From positions 1 to 43,197 of IMG/VR virus record IMGVR_UViG_3300037313_001003: a stretch of DNA of 43,197 nt. The stretch is one strand, 5' to 3'. A program made the position numbers and the translations under genes. This document shows positions 1 through 7,083 of the stretch, in pieces (position 1 is the first letter of the stretch; each line of letters starts with the position of its first letter). This DNA is from a virus. Taxonomy: Duplodnaviria; Caudoviricetes. The notes beneath the pieces are model-generated. The model was not told the origin of the DNA. It saw only the letters and a list, made by a program, of their open reading frames with translations, and searched no databases.

Positions 1-80
1 ATTCGTAAATCCTAATCTCGGTGTCAGTGTATAGCCTGATGCTGAGATCTCGGCAGAAGGCTCCCTCGGGGGCCTTTTTT
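1..80 (+). ncRNA. Putative ~80-nt small RNA, copy 1
   Basis: Single-stranded 5' tail, hairpin ATCTCGGTGTCAG/CTGATGCTGAGAT (G-U pairs on + strand), then an intrinsic terminator; identical to copy 2, which has a promoter directly upstream. Confidence 0.65.
57..80 (+). terminator. Intrinsic terminator
   Basis: AAGGCTCC-CTCG-GGGGCCTT stem-loop running into a T6 tract. Confidence 0.8.
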
Positions 81-1400
81 CGTACTCACACAGTCTTATT
101 AAAAACTTATCAACCAGGCCGCAGCAGTCGGCCATAGTTTGTGTGTAGCAGTTTGGCAAGTAGCGCAAGATGCCAGGATATGGCAGCCCTCCGGGTCTAT
201 TTGCCGAAGCTCATACACATAAACATCTGCAATACATTAAGACAGTAACAGTACTCCTTAAGAGTAGCTTGACTGGCTAAATCTAGTAACAAGCATGGGG
301 ATTTCTAGCCCCGCCTAACCTAATCAGTTAGACAGAAGTAGGCTTAGAGTGGTGATGTCTAACGAGCCACTAGGGAGATATAGATTTCCCCACCATTGTT
401 ACTAGACCTATAGCTGGCGGTAAACACCCTTTGCTCAGAGCTTTTAGTATGGTTTGCAAGCCTACTAAATAGGGGCTGAGAGCGCATTAAAGCGTGGCGC
501 TAGGTGAGCTTTTGCCTCCAGCTATAGCTAGTTAAGTACTTAGGGAGTGTTACAGCGATAGTAAGTAACCCAGTGTGGACTAATGAGTTAAGGAATGCCA
601 CACCGTCAAAGTCACCTCCGCATAGGACTGACAGGTGAATACTCATTCTTACTGTCGTAGCTGGTAGGTGATAAAAGGTGTTTCGGGTTGCCAATCCCTT
701 CACTGCCAGCGCTGTTACTGTCTTAATGAGTATTACTTCGACTACAGGGCCACTGGGTAACAGGCTATAAAGGTAGTGAGTAGGTATGAGAGGGGCATCC
801 TGTCGGGGCAACGACGATTGTGTGTAGGAGGCATCTGAAACACATGGGCCATAAACGCTTAGTTTGCAGGATAGCGAAGCGAGTGCGTCTGTCCGTCCCC
901 TCGTACTTACTCATTACTGGTTGCCCCATAGACGCCTTGTAGTTGAGGGTAGAAGTGATACTAAGGTAGTGGTACATATGAAAGGCTAGACTGAGGGGTT
1001 GCGATATCCTCCATTCGAGTGTTTTAGGATCACTGAGTTGGACACAAACAACAAAAGTTGTAAGTAACAACATAACAAATACCTAGCTATGTATGAAAAG
1101 ACGGTAGCAATAGACTAGCGCCTTAGAGACGTTGCTTCATGGTTGGTAAGTCATCTTATGAGGGTAACCGTGAACAGTCACAGTAAGACTGAGCGGTATG
1201 GAGATTTAGTGCTTAAAACACCTAAGTCTTCATCATATCACATAGCGAACTAGCTAAGATATGAGCAAATCTACAATATGCAAAGTAAAGAACGAAGCGT
1301 ATATATAAGAATATAAACAGGAGGATGTTGCAGGAATAGTGACCGGAGCACCGCACCTTATGAGGCCACAGGCTCCCTACGTTATTAATGTAATGTACTC
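81..1400 (+). ncRNA. Giant structured ncRNA, copy 1 (~1.3 kb; GOLLD-like architecture, family unverified)
   Basis: No credible ORF. Long-range helices: 235-251/712-728 (perfect 17 bp), 252-262/539-549, 556-565/648-657, 739-750/934-945, ~999-1011/1321-1332. G-U pairs indicate + strand. Scaffold conserved in copy 2. Ends approximate. Confidence 0.85.
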
Positions 1401-1418
1401 TCCAAGACAAACAAACTA

Positions 1419-1447
1419 TTGATTAAATAACATGAGCGAGAGATAAT
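1419..1447 (+). promoter_or_regulatory. Sigma70-type promoter for integrase
   Basis: TTGATT-17-GATAAT; copy 2 keeps similar hexamers and the 17-bp spacing while the spacer diverges. Confidence 0.65.
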
Positions 1448-1585
1448 CATAGAGCAACGGTAGACCGTCTCGTAGGCCACCAAGAAATGGCTAGTGCGAG
1501 TGGCAACTACTAGACTCTCTCACAGGGTGAAGTCCGGCTTCTAGAAAGTCTGTACCCTGTTAATTATCTCTATAAGGAAGGCATT

Positions 1586-1717
1586 ATGGTGAGAACCAAA
1601 AATGTCTGTGGCTGCCCTCATCTCTGGGTCTTCGACAACTTCAAGAGAACGCAGCACACAGACAGTATTAGTGTACTCCTCTTTCTGTTCGACAAGAAGG
1701 TGAGATATGTCAATTAG
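1586..1717 (+). CDS. Putative 43-aa upstream ORF overlapping the integrase start
   Basis: AAGGAAGG SD, ATG 1586, MVRTKNVCGCPHLWVFDNFKRTQHTDSISVLLFLFDKKVRYVN*; open with identical length in unit 2. Confidence 0.5.
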   Translation: MVRTKNVCGCPHLWVFDNFKRTQHTDSISVLLFLFDKKVRYVN

Positions 1718-2537
1718 TGAGGCTTTTCAGTCTTATGCTAATGACGTAATCGTGTTCAAGAACCAGAGCAAGAAAACTGAGGAAAATCACTTTATCGTCA
1801 TGAAGGCGCTGATATCTCATTTCGGAGACGTTGAGATAGAGTCGCTTACTTTCCCTATGGTTCGCGATTGGAAAGCTAAACTAGTGGCTACACGGTCCGA
1901 TGCTACTGTTAGGAACTATATTATCAAGTTACGGATCGTCCTCGATTACCTGCACACTCGCGGGGTGGACTGTTTATCACCTGAGTCAATTCCGGTTCCG
2001 AAACGAGCCGATAAAGTACCCGTGTACCTTACAAAAGAGCAAGTCGCACAATGCATCACTGCTACTAAGAAGCTCAAGAACAAGGCAATTGTCTCCCTGC
2101 TCTACTCCAGCGGTATTCGTATTAGTGAACTGTGTTCCTTGGACCGGGGCCAAATTAAAGACGGGAGGTTTACGATCGTTGGTAAAGGCGGTAAGGCGAG
2201 ACTATGCTTTATAGACGCACGAACACAAATGTTACTCGACTGGTACTTAGCCGAACGAGATGACAATAACCCTGCGCTGTTTGTCTGCGAGAGCGGCACA
2301 CGCATACGGCCTGGTACGATCCAAGAGACGTTTAAGACTATCCGCAAGCAAACCGGTTTAGATGTCCACCCACACACCCTACGACACTCATTTGCGACGA
2401 ATCTGCTTTCCACCAACACCAACCTGTACCACGTATCACGTATGCTCGGACATCAACAGTTGAACACGACAGCTACTTATCTTCACGTCGTAGACCATGA
2501 CCTCCAAGAGGTCTATATGAAGCATCATACGGTATAG
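1707..2537 (+). CDS. int: Tyrosine recombinase/integrase (XerC/D-like)
   Basis: Catalytic motifs SGIRISE, GKGGK, HTLRH, LGH and TTATY. Confidence 0.95.
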   Translation: MSISEAFQSYANDVIVFKNQSKKTEENHFIVMKALISHFGDVEIESLTFPMVRDWKAKLVATRSDATVRNYIIKLRIVLDYLHTRGVDCLSPESIPVPKRADKVPVYLTKEQVAQCITATKKLKNKAIVSLLYSSGIRISELCSLDRGQIKDGRFTIVGKGGKARLCFIDARTQMLLDWYLAERDDNNPALFVCESGTRIRPGTIQETFKTIRKQTGLDVHPHTLRHSFATNLLSTNTNLYHVSRMLGHQQLNTTATYLHVVDHDLQEVYMKHHTV

Positions 2538-2703
2538 TGCGCTTACACTCTCCCACGGCATTTTCTCCCTTTTGAGGCGGGATGGGGGGTGGGTCTTTGA
2601 TGGCCCTTTTGAAGAGAGGTTTTTGTGTGTATAGACTTGTGCGAAGAAAATCGAAGGAGTGAAAGGAACGAAGGGAACGAGCCATGAGAGAGTGTAAAAG
2701 CAC
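2537..2703. other. Conserved structured intergenic element between convergent int and late operon
   Basis: TTACACTCTC/GAGAGTGTAA closing stem plus inner stems; conserved at 38802-38969. Confidence 0.5.
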
Positions 2704-2718
2704 TAAATTGTTAAGGTA

Positions 2719-2955
2719 CTAGCGATCTATGAGCTGGTAGAATGGATCAAAACGCTCAGGAATAACTTGTAAAAGATGCAAAGCAGTAACGCCGATCCCA
2801 GCAACAACCAAAGGGCGAGTATGGTGATTCTCGAGCCCTCGCTTAGCGGCGTGTGTAAGCGTTTCTTCAGCCAGTAGGTCCCACGCCAGGACAAAAGCTC
2901 CAAGCGCAAGCCAGCCGTATGTACCGTTGGTAGTTTCATTACTAGTCCTCCTCAT
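2719..2955 (-). CDS. Small membrane protein
   Basis: Two hydrophobic segments; near-identical homolog at 38985-39218. Confidence 0.8.
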   Translation of the reverse strand: MRRTSNETTNGTYGWLALGAFVLAWDLLAEETLTHAAKRGLENHHTRPLVVAGIGVTALHLLQVIPERFDPFYQLIDR

Positions 2956-3070
2956 TAAATATTCCTGTTAACCCTTCAATGAAAATGTCATGATCTTCAA
3001 TAAGCCGCGGTAGTACGATTTCTTTAACAAATGGATAGACAAACTCACGGTCAGGCTCCGGTTCAGGCAT
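2942..3070 (-). CDS. Small hypothetical protein (42 aa; start revised from ORF track)
   Basis: MPEPEPDREFVYP... homologous to 39205-39339; homology begins at this ATG. Confidence 0.65.
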   Translation of the reverse strand: MPEPEPDREFVYPFVKEIVLPRLIEDHDIFIEGLTGIFNEED

Positions 3071-3305
3071 AGATGTTTCGGGTTTCATTACCACCCTCCG
3101 TGTAGGCCATGACGTGGTGAAAGTAGTGATATGCTTTTGACGGATCAGGTACTTCGACAATATGCTGTTGCTTTGTCTTAGCGTCTTCTACGGCAATAGT
3201 GACTGCCATTGTCCCGACTTGCCAGTACATCGTGACCTCAATGCCGTCATTATGGCGTTGGTCGAGTTCTCTGTAATATGGGAGGTCTTTAGCAAATTCA
3301 GACAT
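3063..3305 (-). CDS. Hypothetical protein
   Basis: Overlap-coupled to neighbours; diverged positional homolog at 39332-39571. Confidence 0.75.
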   Translation of the reverse strand: MSEFAKDLPYYRELDQRHNDGIEVTMYWQVGTMAVTIAVEDAKTKQQHIVEVPDPSKAYHYFHHVMAYTEGGNETRNIYA

Positions 3306-4125
3306 ACTTCATCCGCTCCTCTGATTGCTTATATTCAGCAACACGCGATTTTGCAGTTCCGCCACACTGATTACACCGGTAATATTGATACAAGTTGGTA
3401 TTGGTTGCTCGATACTTCATTCCCTTTATCATCGTTCCTTCCTGGCCACAGCGAGGGCAAGCATCAGGACGATTAAGCAGAACGTTTAGTGGCACTTTGT
3501 TTGTCTTGGCTCGTGCGCGGCCTAGTATGTAAAGTTCGAGTAGGCCGGGAATGTCTAGCTTGTTATAGTGCTTCATTAGTCGGATGGATTTCTTATCCCC
3601 TGCAACGACACCCAGCCATGTAGGATAGCCGCCGGGGTCGCCTTTCTGCGACACACCGAAGCGCTTAGACAGGTCTTTCAGGCGATTACTGCCGAACTGC
3701 CCTATTTGCTTGTACATCTTCTTGGTGTCCACTTGGATATATGGTTCGGGTGTAGGGAGACCAAGAAGCGCGATGCGAGCGTTCATTATGGGTACGTCAT
3801 GGCCATCGCCGTTATGTGCCACTGCAGAATGACAGGCGTTTAACAACTCCCAGCCAAACCTCACAATCTCTGTATCGTCATTTACCCCAGGTTTCCAGCC
3901 CTTGAAGTCGTCTTGACCGACGACGTAGACTTTCTGTTTACCGATGGGCTTATCTGGGTCATACCAACACCAGGCAAGAGTTAGTATCTTAGGGTATTCC
4001 CTAATATGGTGCGGCGTTACGTCGTATAGACTCCAAAAGTCCCCGATGTAAGCTGAGTTTTCGATGTCCCAGATTAGTTCTCTTACCCCGTTTTTAGGGA
4101 TATGCGCCTTAGGCTGCTTCTTCAT
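3298..4125 (-). CDS. DnaQ/RNase H-like 3'-5' exonuclease with C-terminal Zn ribbon
   Basis: DIE (ExoI), AHNGDGHD (ExoII), YNKLD (ExoIII), CPRC...CNQC. Confidence 0.85.
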   Translation of the reverse strand: MKKQPKAHIPKNGVRELIWDIENSAYIGDFWSLYDVTPHHIREYPKILTLAWCWYDPDKPIGKQKVYVVGQDDFKGWKPGVNDDTEIVRFGWELLNACHSAVAHNGDGHDVPIMNARIALLGLPTPEPYIQVDTKKMYKQIGQFGSNRLKDLSKRFGVSQKGDPGGYPTWLGVVAGDKKSIRLMKHYNKLDIPGLLELYILGRARAKTNKVPLNVLLNRPDACPRCGQEGTMIKGMKYRATNTNLYQYYRCNQCGGTAKSRVAEYKQSEERMKYV

Positions 4126-4417
4126 ATTCCACCCCCTCCAGAGGGATTGAGAGCGCCCGTAGCATCTCTAGTAAATCGGGCTTTTTGGGTGGGTAGTCGT
4201 AATGCCGTTCGTCATGCTCCCAGCGACACAACTGCTCTTTGTTTTCTGGTAGCTCCCTATAAGCTTTCTCGATAGGGGTCTGGTAGCGGTTAGCGGGCCA
4301 CATCAGGTGATGGGTATCTGCCGAACAACCATGCTGCTGTTGGCGCTTTAGTGGCCCTCTAGGTTTCCGCGAGAAGTATGGGCAATCCTCGCGTGGCGTA
4401 GGACAGCCCTCTATCAC
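4109..4417 (-). CDS. Hypothetical His/Cys-rich protein, possibly HNH-like
   Basis: DTHH...LCRWEHDERH pattern; diverged homolog at 41195-41590. Confidence 0.6.
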   Translation of the reverse strand: MIEGCPTPREDCPYFSRKPRGPLKRQQQHGCSADTHHLMWPANRYQTPIEKAYRELPENKEQLCRWEHDERHYDYPPKKPDLLEMLRALSIPLEGVEYEEAA

Positions 4418-4419
4418 GG

Positions 4420-4650
4420 TTAGGCCTTTCGCCCCTCTAAGTAACCAATCACAAGCGACTTAACTGCGGAAGCGCCCGCAGCAAGCCCAGCGGAAAGGAC
4501 TACCTTGTCCGTTTTGAATCCGCTTGCAAGCCATACGCCCAAGAAGGTTTGCCAGAAGGTATGTAGCGCTTTGACTACTAAAGGACTCTTGCGTAAATGT
4601 ATTACTAGAATCTGTACTGTTACGACTAGTCGTACTAAAAAAGCTTTCAT
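4420..4650 (-). CDS. Putative holin
   Basis: Small hydrophobic protein with KALHTFWQ motif directly after the endolysin. Confidence 0.7.
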   Translation of the reverse strand: MKAFLVRLVVTVQILVIHLRKSPLVVKALHTFWQTFLGVWLASGFKTDKVVLSAGLAAGASAVKSLVIGYLEGRKA

Positions 4651-4659
4651 ATATTCTCC

Positions 4660-5352
4660 TTAACTAACGAGCTCTTTAATAAGTGTTTTGAGAGTCTGCC
4701 ATTTTGTAGCGTCACCATTTAATGCCTGTACGACGTTGAGTTTGTGTGCCAGGTCATCTACTTGGGATTGCAAGTCTTTGACTTGTCCATCTTGGCGTGT
4801 TAATAGGTCTATGTGTTCTTGTGATGTCCAGATGTCCCTCATAAGCTGCTCGGCAGTTTGCTGCGCGTCTACGCGTTGCTTAACTTCATCCGGTGTTGCA
4901 TCTCGGTTAAGACCGAGGTTATACGCGAGACGAATCATAGTCTCATCTGCTATATCTTGACTTGCGGGCATTGCTCCTCCTTTTATGAGTGTTAAGCCAT
5001 CTATAAACTTTCCATTTTCTTTAACAGCCCAATGGAGATGCTTACCAAATGCGTAGCCAGTCTCCCCCATCTTGGCGATTGGTTGACCTTCTTTAACTAC
5101 CGTTCCGTTCGGAACAAGGTATTGCGAAGCGTGTAAGAGACCGTGATAGCGCCCTTGGTCATCGGTCATATATGTTCCATTCCCATCGTTGCCGTTGTTG
5201 GGAACTTGTGACACCCGGCCTGTGAACGGTGCGTAAATCGTGTCATCGGGTAGATAAGCGAAATCTACTCCCTTGTGGGGGCTTGCAGCGCTATACGGTG
5301 ATTCAGTAGAGCCGAAGCCGAGGGTGATAGGGCTATTGGCTGGTGCGCGCAT
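4660..5352 (-). CDS. Endolysin, M23 peptidase with C-terminal coiled coil
   Basis: HKGVD and HLH zinc motifs. Confidence 0.88.
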   Translation of the reverse strand: MRAPANSPITLGFGSTESPYSAASPHKGVDFAYLPDDTIYAPFTGRVSQVPNNGNDGNGTYMTDDQGRYHGLLHASQYLVPNGTVVKEGQPIAKMGETGYAFGKHLHWAVKENGKFIDGLTLIKGGAMPASQDIADETMIRLAYNLGLNRDATPDEVKQRVDAQQTAEQLMRDIWTSQEHIDLLTRQDGQVKDLQSQVDDLAHKLNVVQALNGDATKWQTLKTLIKELVS

Positions 5353-5585
5353 TATCCCCTCTTAATTCCTTTTAATACTGCGTATATAGCAAACAGTGAA
5401 GCTAGAACGCCTATAGCCGCTTTAATGAGAGCTACTTCCCTTCTCGTTACGAAGACGTTCTCTAAGTTGTCGAGCTTTTTAATGACTGACTTAACATCTG
5501 TTTTAACTTCTTCGACGGTCGCTTTGACATTTTTAACTTCAGTTTCTACCACGCTGAGCCTCTCTTTAGTGGTTAGGTTGGTCAT
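5352..5585 (-). CDS. Coiled-coil protein with C-terminal TM helix (lysis-associated, XhlA-like)
   Basis: Heptad pattern, hydrophobic C-terminus, position before endolysin; homolog at window end. Confidence 0.6.
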   Translation of the reverse strand: MTNLTTKERLSVVETEVKNVKATVEEVKTDVKSVIKKLDNLENVFVTRREVALIKAAIGVLASLFAIYAVLKGIKRG

Positions 5586-5587
5586 GA

Positions 5588-6970
5588 CTAGACTAATTCA
5601 ACTTTGATATAACAAGGGTATGTAGCTGCTGCATCGATGGTTGCCGTTCCTGTGTTGTTAGCAAACCAACCTGCGTTATAGGTCTTAGAGCTAGCTGATG
5701 GCGTAAGTTGCGCTTTAGCCTCGCAGAAAAAGGCAGAAAATGAGTTGTTGCCACCTGCCCAAGCAGATGCAACGCGTGTCCCAGAGCCTACAGTTCCGTC
5801 CCATATCTCGAATTCGGCCCTAGCGGTTGATGTTGTGTTGTAAGCATGAGGAATGTAGAACGATACAACGACTTTTCTGTTCGAAGGAATGATAACTGGA
5901 ACACTCAAGCCAGTAATTGCGGTGACGCTAGTAGAGGTTGTTGTCGCGCCAGCGCTAATCTGTCGATAGCCTAGTACTTTACGATTAGGGTCGCGAGGAC
6001 AAATTAAGTTACCTAGGGAGTCAGTCACGGCATAAGGGACAGAAGAAGCGATTGGTAGTACCATCGTTTCCTGTCCCTGGTTGACTGAAGTGGCAGCAGC
6101 AATATTAGAAGCGCCGGACACGATAATACCGATACGAATAGAGTTAGAGGCTAACGCAGGAGAAGCGGCGTTGTTAGCTACGATGTTGCCGCCAGTATTC
6201 ACTAGCAGTCCCGTTCCATCGCCATTATCTAAAACGTCAAAGTATGTATCTTTTGAGGCGGTTACTGTACCGCTAGCGGATGCAACAGTGATCGGATTGC
6301 CGTTAATCACGACGACGCCTGAGGTCATAGACCAAGCGAGTGTAGATCCGTAACCAGTACCGCTCAACACACAACCCGAAACAACATAGTCGTATGGGAA
6401 GATTGTAGCCGCACCAGCACCGATTGTAACCGTCTTAGCTAAACCCTTACCGCGAAGATTGAGATGTGCAGCAGAATCACTACCAGACGCACTTATTGAT
6501 GGGGCGTTACCTGTGGCGGCATTAGCTATAGTTACTTCATTTACCGCCGAAGAAGTAGAAGTGAACTTTAATTCTTCGTTTCCGTTTGAGTCATAAATAA
6601 CAGTCGGTTTGTGTGTACCGTCTTGATTATGTTCGGTCAAAAGATGGTCAACGTGATCATTCCACATGGAGGCGGTAAAGGTGATTTCAACGACCGTACC
6701 GGCGGAGTGAGACTGGTCTGAACCTTCTTTAACGGTTAGGTTCGAAACTGTGGTACCGGACAAGGTGCCGGTGTAAACGACTTTGGTTGAGGGGGTAGCG
6801 GTGCCGGAGCTATCAACGCGTCCTACAGTGAAGTCAATGCCGGTAGTGGTAGGAATGCCCGTGGCGCTCGACAAGCTCATAGTGGAAGCACCTGATGCTT
6901 TAGTTGAGGCTAAGGTAGTAGAGAAGGACTGGTAGCCCTTGCGGAGTTTGTCGGTGTTACTGGCGGCCAT
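5588..6970 (-). CDS. Tail fibre/spike-like virion protein
   Basis: 460 aa, Ser/Thr/Gly/Ala-rich beta composition, between tail and lysis genes. Confidence 0.7.
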   Translation of the reverse strand: MAASNTDKLRKGYQSFSTTLASTKASGASTMSLSSATGIPTTTGIDFTVGRVDSSGTATPSTKVVYTGTLSGTTVSNLTVKEGSDQSHSAGTVVEITFTASMWNDHVDHLLTEHNQDGTHKPTVIYDSNGNEELKFTSTSSAVNEVTIANAATGNAPSISASGSDSAAHLNLRGKGLAKTVTIGAGAATIFPYDYVVSGCVLSGTGYGSTLAWSMTSGVVVINGNPITVASASGTVTASKDTYFDVLDNGDGTGLLVNTGGNIVANNAASPALASNSIRIGIIVSGASNIAAATSVNQGQETMVLPIASSVPYAVTDSLGNLICPRDPNRKVLGYRQISAGATTTSTSVTAITGLSVPVIIPSNRKVVVSFYIPHAYNTTSTARAEFEIWDGTVGSGTRVASAWAGGNNSFSAFFCEAKAQLTPSASSKTYNAGWFANNTGTATIDAAATYPCYIKVELV

Positions 6971-6998
6971 AAATGTTGTTACCCTTTATTTTCCAAAT

Positions 6999-7079
6999 AA
7001 AAAAGCGGCCCAGGATTACTGGTGCCGCTATCACATAATAGAAGGCGTTGCCGCGCTAAATTGTACTTATAGTATACCA
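6999..7079 (-). promoter_or_regulatory. Promoter-leader-terminator cassette
   Basis: Minus strand: TGGTATACT extended -10, TACAATTTA, small hairpin, GCGGC...GCCGC-T6; repeated at 9807-9888. Confidence 0.65.
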
Positions 7080-7083
7080 TAGA

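Larger units (their letters stand above)
1..148 (+). repeat. Near-identical direct repeat with 36426-36573
   Basis: By eye the only difference in 148 bp is T128 vs A in a hairpin loop; patchy homology then continues for several kb. Confidence 0.95.

Noticed and set aside
575-605. Hammerhead-like core CTAATGAG...GAAT
   Set aside because: Deviates from CUGANGA/GAAA and lacks the stem II geometry.
1-1400. CRISPR array or guide/bridge RNA for the integrase
   Set aside because: Conserved blocks differ from each other and pair with one another; variable parts are 30-270 nt and self-folded; no cas gene, and I found no convincing match of variable segments to att.
81-1400. Group I/II intron or rRNA
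   Set aside because: No interrupted gene, no recognisable domain V, P7 or rRNA signature by eye; cmscan would be decisive.
500-1410. Minus-strand ORFs 500-811, 765-1073, 1222-1410 and counterparts 36369-36560, 36950-37234, 37111-37305
   Set aside because: Frames and lengths are not preserved between the copies and differences follow RNA helices, not codons; shadow ORFs of the ncRNA.
2473-2703. ORFs 2473-2703 and 38671-38910 and other antisense/overlapping ORFs in the track
   Set aside because: Not conserved between units and they overlap well-supported genes.
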